Origin: Pseudomonadota bacterium
GTDB taxonomy: Bacteria > Bdellovibrionota > FAC87 > UBA2466
Direction of reading: 5' to 3'
Length of the DNA: 24,714 nucleotides
NCBI GenBank assembly: GCA_043767805.1
Contig: JAYUGC010000149.1
Location: forward strand, 1-24,714
Positions 22,748 through 24,714 of the stretch are shown here, in pieces. Each line of letters begins with the position of its first letter. Positions within the stretch are counted from its first letter, which is position 1. The translations under genes and the position numbers were made by a program. The notes beneath the pieces were generated by a model. It saw only the letters and a list, made by a program, of their open reading frames with translations, was not told the DNA's origin and searched no databases.

Positions 22748-24679
22748 ATGGACCAATCGATTGAAACCGTGCTCAAGGAGACCCGTACCTTCCCGCCTCC
22801 CGCGGACTTCTCCCGATTGGCCAACCAAAATGACGCTAAAGCCTTCGAGGCCATGTGGGCCGAGTCGCAGAAAAACCCGGTCGCCTTCTGGGAAAAAGCC
22901 GCGGACTGCCTCACCTGGGAAAAGAAATGGGACAAAGCGCTCGAGTGGAACGAGCCCTTCGCGAAATGGTTCGTCGGCGGAAGGATCAATGCCTCGGTCA
23001 ACTGCCTCGACCGGCATTTGAAAACGCGCGGGCACGCTGCCGCCCTCATCTGGGAAGGCGAAGACGGCCAGGTCATCCGCTTGACCTACGACGAGCTCTA
23101 TCGCCGGGTTTGCCGCCTTACCAACGCTCTGGAAAAAAAGCTGGGGCTCAAAGCCGGCGACACCGCCGCCCTCTACATGCCGCTCGTTCCCGAAGCGGTG
23201 ATCATCATGCTCGCTTGCGCCCGGCTCGGCGTCACCCATAGCATCATCTTCGCGGGTTTCGCCGCGCATTCCGTCCGCGATCGCGTCAACGATGCCGAGT
23301 GCAAAGTCATCTTCACGGCCGACTTCGGATACCGCCGGGGCGCGAAGCTCGAACTGAAAAAAATCATCGACGCAGCTGTCATGGAAACCCCGTCCGTAAA
23401 GCACGTCGTCGTCTTGCAAAGAGAGGGCGATCAAACCCTGCTCTCGAAAGACGTCGACTACAGCGAGCTCTGCTCGGGGATGAGCGACGACCACATAGCT
23501 CAAGCTTTTGATTCCGAGCACCCGCTCTTTTTTCTCTACACCAGCGGAACCACGGGAAAACCGAAAGGCATCGTCCATTCGACGGGCGGCTATCTCCTGG
23601 GCGTGGCTCTCACCACGAATTGGGTTCTCGATCTGAAACCCTCCGACATTTACTGGTGTACTGCCGACATCGGCTGGGTCACCGGCCACAGTTACGTCGT
23701 CTACGGGCCGCTGGCGAACGGCGGAACAACTTTGATTTATGAGGGCGGCCCCATGCACCCGACGCCGTCCCGCATCTGGGAAATCGTCGAGAAGCATAAG
23801 GTCAGCATTCTCTATACGGCGCCCACCGCCATCCGCTCCTTCATGCGCGCGGGCGACGAGCATCCGGCAAAGTACCCGATGAAGTCCTTGCGTCTTCTCG
23901 GCTCGGTGGGCGAGCCCATCAACCCCGAAGCGTGGATGTGGTACTTTGATAAGATAGGCCACGGCCGCTGTCCTATCGTCGATACTTGGTGGCAAACCGA
24001 GACGGGCGCCATGATGATTAGCCCGGTACCGGGAGTCACCACTACGAAGCCCGGTTCCGCCACGCGCTCGCTTCCCGGTATCGTCGCCGATATCGTCGAC
24101 GAAGCAGGAAAGACTTGCCCACCGAACGTGGGCGGCTATCTCGTCATTCGTCACCCTTGGCCTTCGATGCTCAGAACGATTCACAAAGATCCCGAACGGT
24201 ACAAAAACACTTACTGGTCGAAGTTTCCCGGCCTTTATTTCGCTGGAGACGGCGCGAGCCGCGATGCCGATGGTTGCTTCTGGATCAAGGGACGCGTCGA
24301 CGACGTCATCAACGTTTCCGGACATCGGTTAGGCACCATGGAGATCGAGAGCGCGTTGGTCAGCCATCCCAAAGTCGCCGAAGCCGCGGTGGTCGGCATT
24401 CCCCACGAAATGAAGGGCCAAGCGATCTACGCGTACGTCACGCCGGTAGGCAATGCGAAGTTCGTGACGAAGGACCTCATCGCGGAGCTGAAAGAGCATG
24501 TCGTAAAGGAAATCGGCTCGCTCGCCCGGCCCGAGGAAATCCGTCTAACAAAAACGCTCCCAAAAACTCGCAGCGGAAAAATCATGCGCCGGCTTCTAAA
24601 GGATCTCGCCTCAGGCAAACCAATGACGGGCGACACAACAACGCTAGAGAACCCCGATCTCGTCGAGTTCATCGACTAA
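22748..24679 (+). CDS. acs: Acetate-CoA ligase (acetyl-CoA synthetase)
   Basis: AAGGAG RBS. YTSGTTGKPKG, WCTADIGWVTGHSY, GSVGEPINPEAW, DTWWQTETG, GRVDDVINVSGHRLG, and acetylation motif PKTRSGKIMRR. Confidence 0.98.
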   Translation: MDQSIETVLKETRTFPPPADFSRLANQNDAKAFEAMWAESQKNPVAFWEKAADCLTWEKKWDKALEWNEPFAKWFVGGRINASVNCLDRHLKTRGHAAALIWEGEDGQVIRLTYDELYRRVCRLTNALEKKLGLKAGDTAALYMPLVPEAVIIMLACARLGVTHSIIFAGFAAHSVRDRVNDAECKVIFTADFGYRRGAKLELKKIIDAAVMETPSVKHVVVLQREGDQTLLSKDVDYSELCSGMSDDHIAQAFDSEHPLFFLYTSGTTGKPKGIVHSTGGYLLGVALTTNWVLDLKPSDIYWCTADIGWVTGHSYVVYGPLANGGTTLIYEGGPMHPTPSRIWEIVEKHKVSILYTAPTAIRSFMRAGDEHPAKYPMKSLRLLGSVGEPINPEAWMWYFDKIGHGRCPIVDTWWQTETGAMMISPVPGVTTTKPGSATRSLPGIVADIVDEAGKTCPPNVGGYLVIRHPWPSMLRTIHKDPERYKNTYWSKFPGLYFAGDGASRDADGCFWIKGRVDDVINVSGHRLGTMEIESALVSHPKVAEAAVVGIPHEMKGQAIYAYVTPVGNAKFVTKDLIAELKEHVVKEIGSLARPEEIRLTKTLPKTRSGKIMRRLLKDLASGKPMTGDTTTLENPDLVEFID

Positions 24680-24714
24680 AAAGGGGTCAGCCTCCATTTG
24701 GTACCAAAAGGTAG
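24680..24714. repeat. Probable palindromic element (terminator or REP-like), truncated by window end
   Basis: AAAGGGGTCAGCCTCC followed by the perfect palindrome TTTGGTACCAAA (24697-24708) and GGTAG, which begins the return arm. Confidence 0.4.

Noticed and set aside
22666..23076. 137-aa N-terminal extension of the hybrid kinase in the ORF track
   Set aside because: It overlaps acs on the opposite strand; the REC domain begins cleanly at ATG 22665.
22640..24325. 561-aa minus-strand ORF
   Set aside because: Antisense shadow of acs, a well-known artefact type.
1..24714. CRISPR arrays, tRNA/rRNA genes, integrases, IS elements, defence systems
   Set aside because: No regularly spaced repeats, cloverleaf motifs or recombinase/transposase/nuclease signatures seen; intergenic gaps are short.

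Overview
GC-rich (roughly 55-60% by eye) bacterial chromosomal segment with about 26 densely packed genes. It has no rRNA, tRNA, CRISPR array or transposase that I can recognise. The gene content (DUF1844, a DUF4388 protein, an MXAN_2562-like barrel, a CPAF-like protease and secreted orphans) suggests a Bdellovibrionota/Myxococcota-type organism (inference). Left half: lon 3' end, CPAF-like S41 protease, secreted orphan, comF-comM, acyltransferase, DUF4388 protein, kdd with a Leu/Val-type dehydrogenase, deoxynucleoside kinase, secreted kinase-fold orphan and nagZ. Right half: typA, DTW protein, nrnA, kce, two beta-barrels, lipoprotein, DUF1844, GT4, hybrid REC-HisKA with a degenerate ATPase domain, and acs. 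The most interesting signals are: (1) a signal-peptide-bearing protein with a full set of divergent protein-kinase-like motifs; (2) a Chlamydia-CPAF-like protease retaining the triad and a probable propeptide insert; (3) a pervasive leaderless, often bidirectional promoter architecture, including a sigma54 site abutting the comM start; (4) a pseudo-histidine kinase; (5) dispersed lysine-catabolism genes, with kdd coupled to an amino-acid dehydrogenase.
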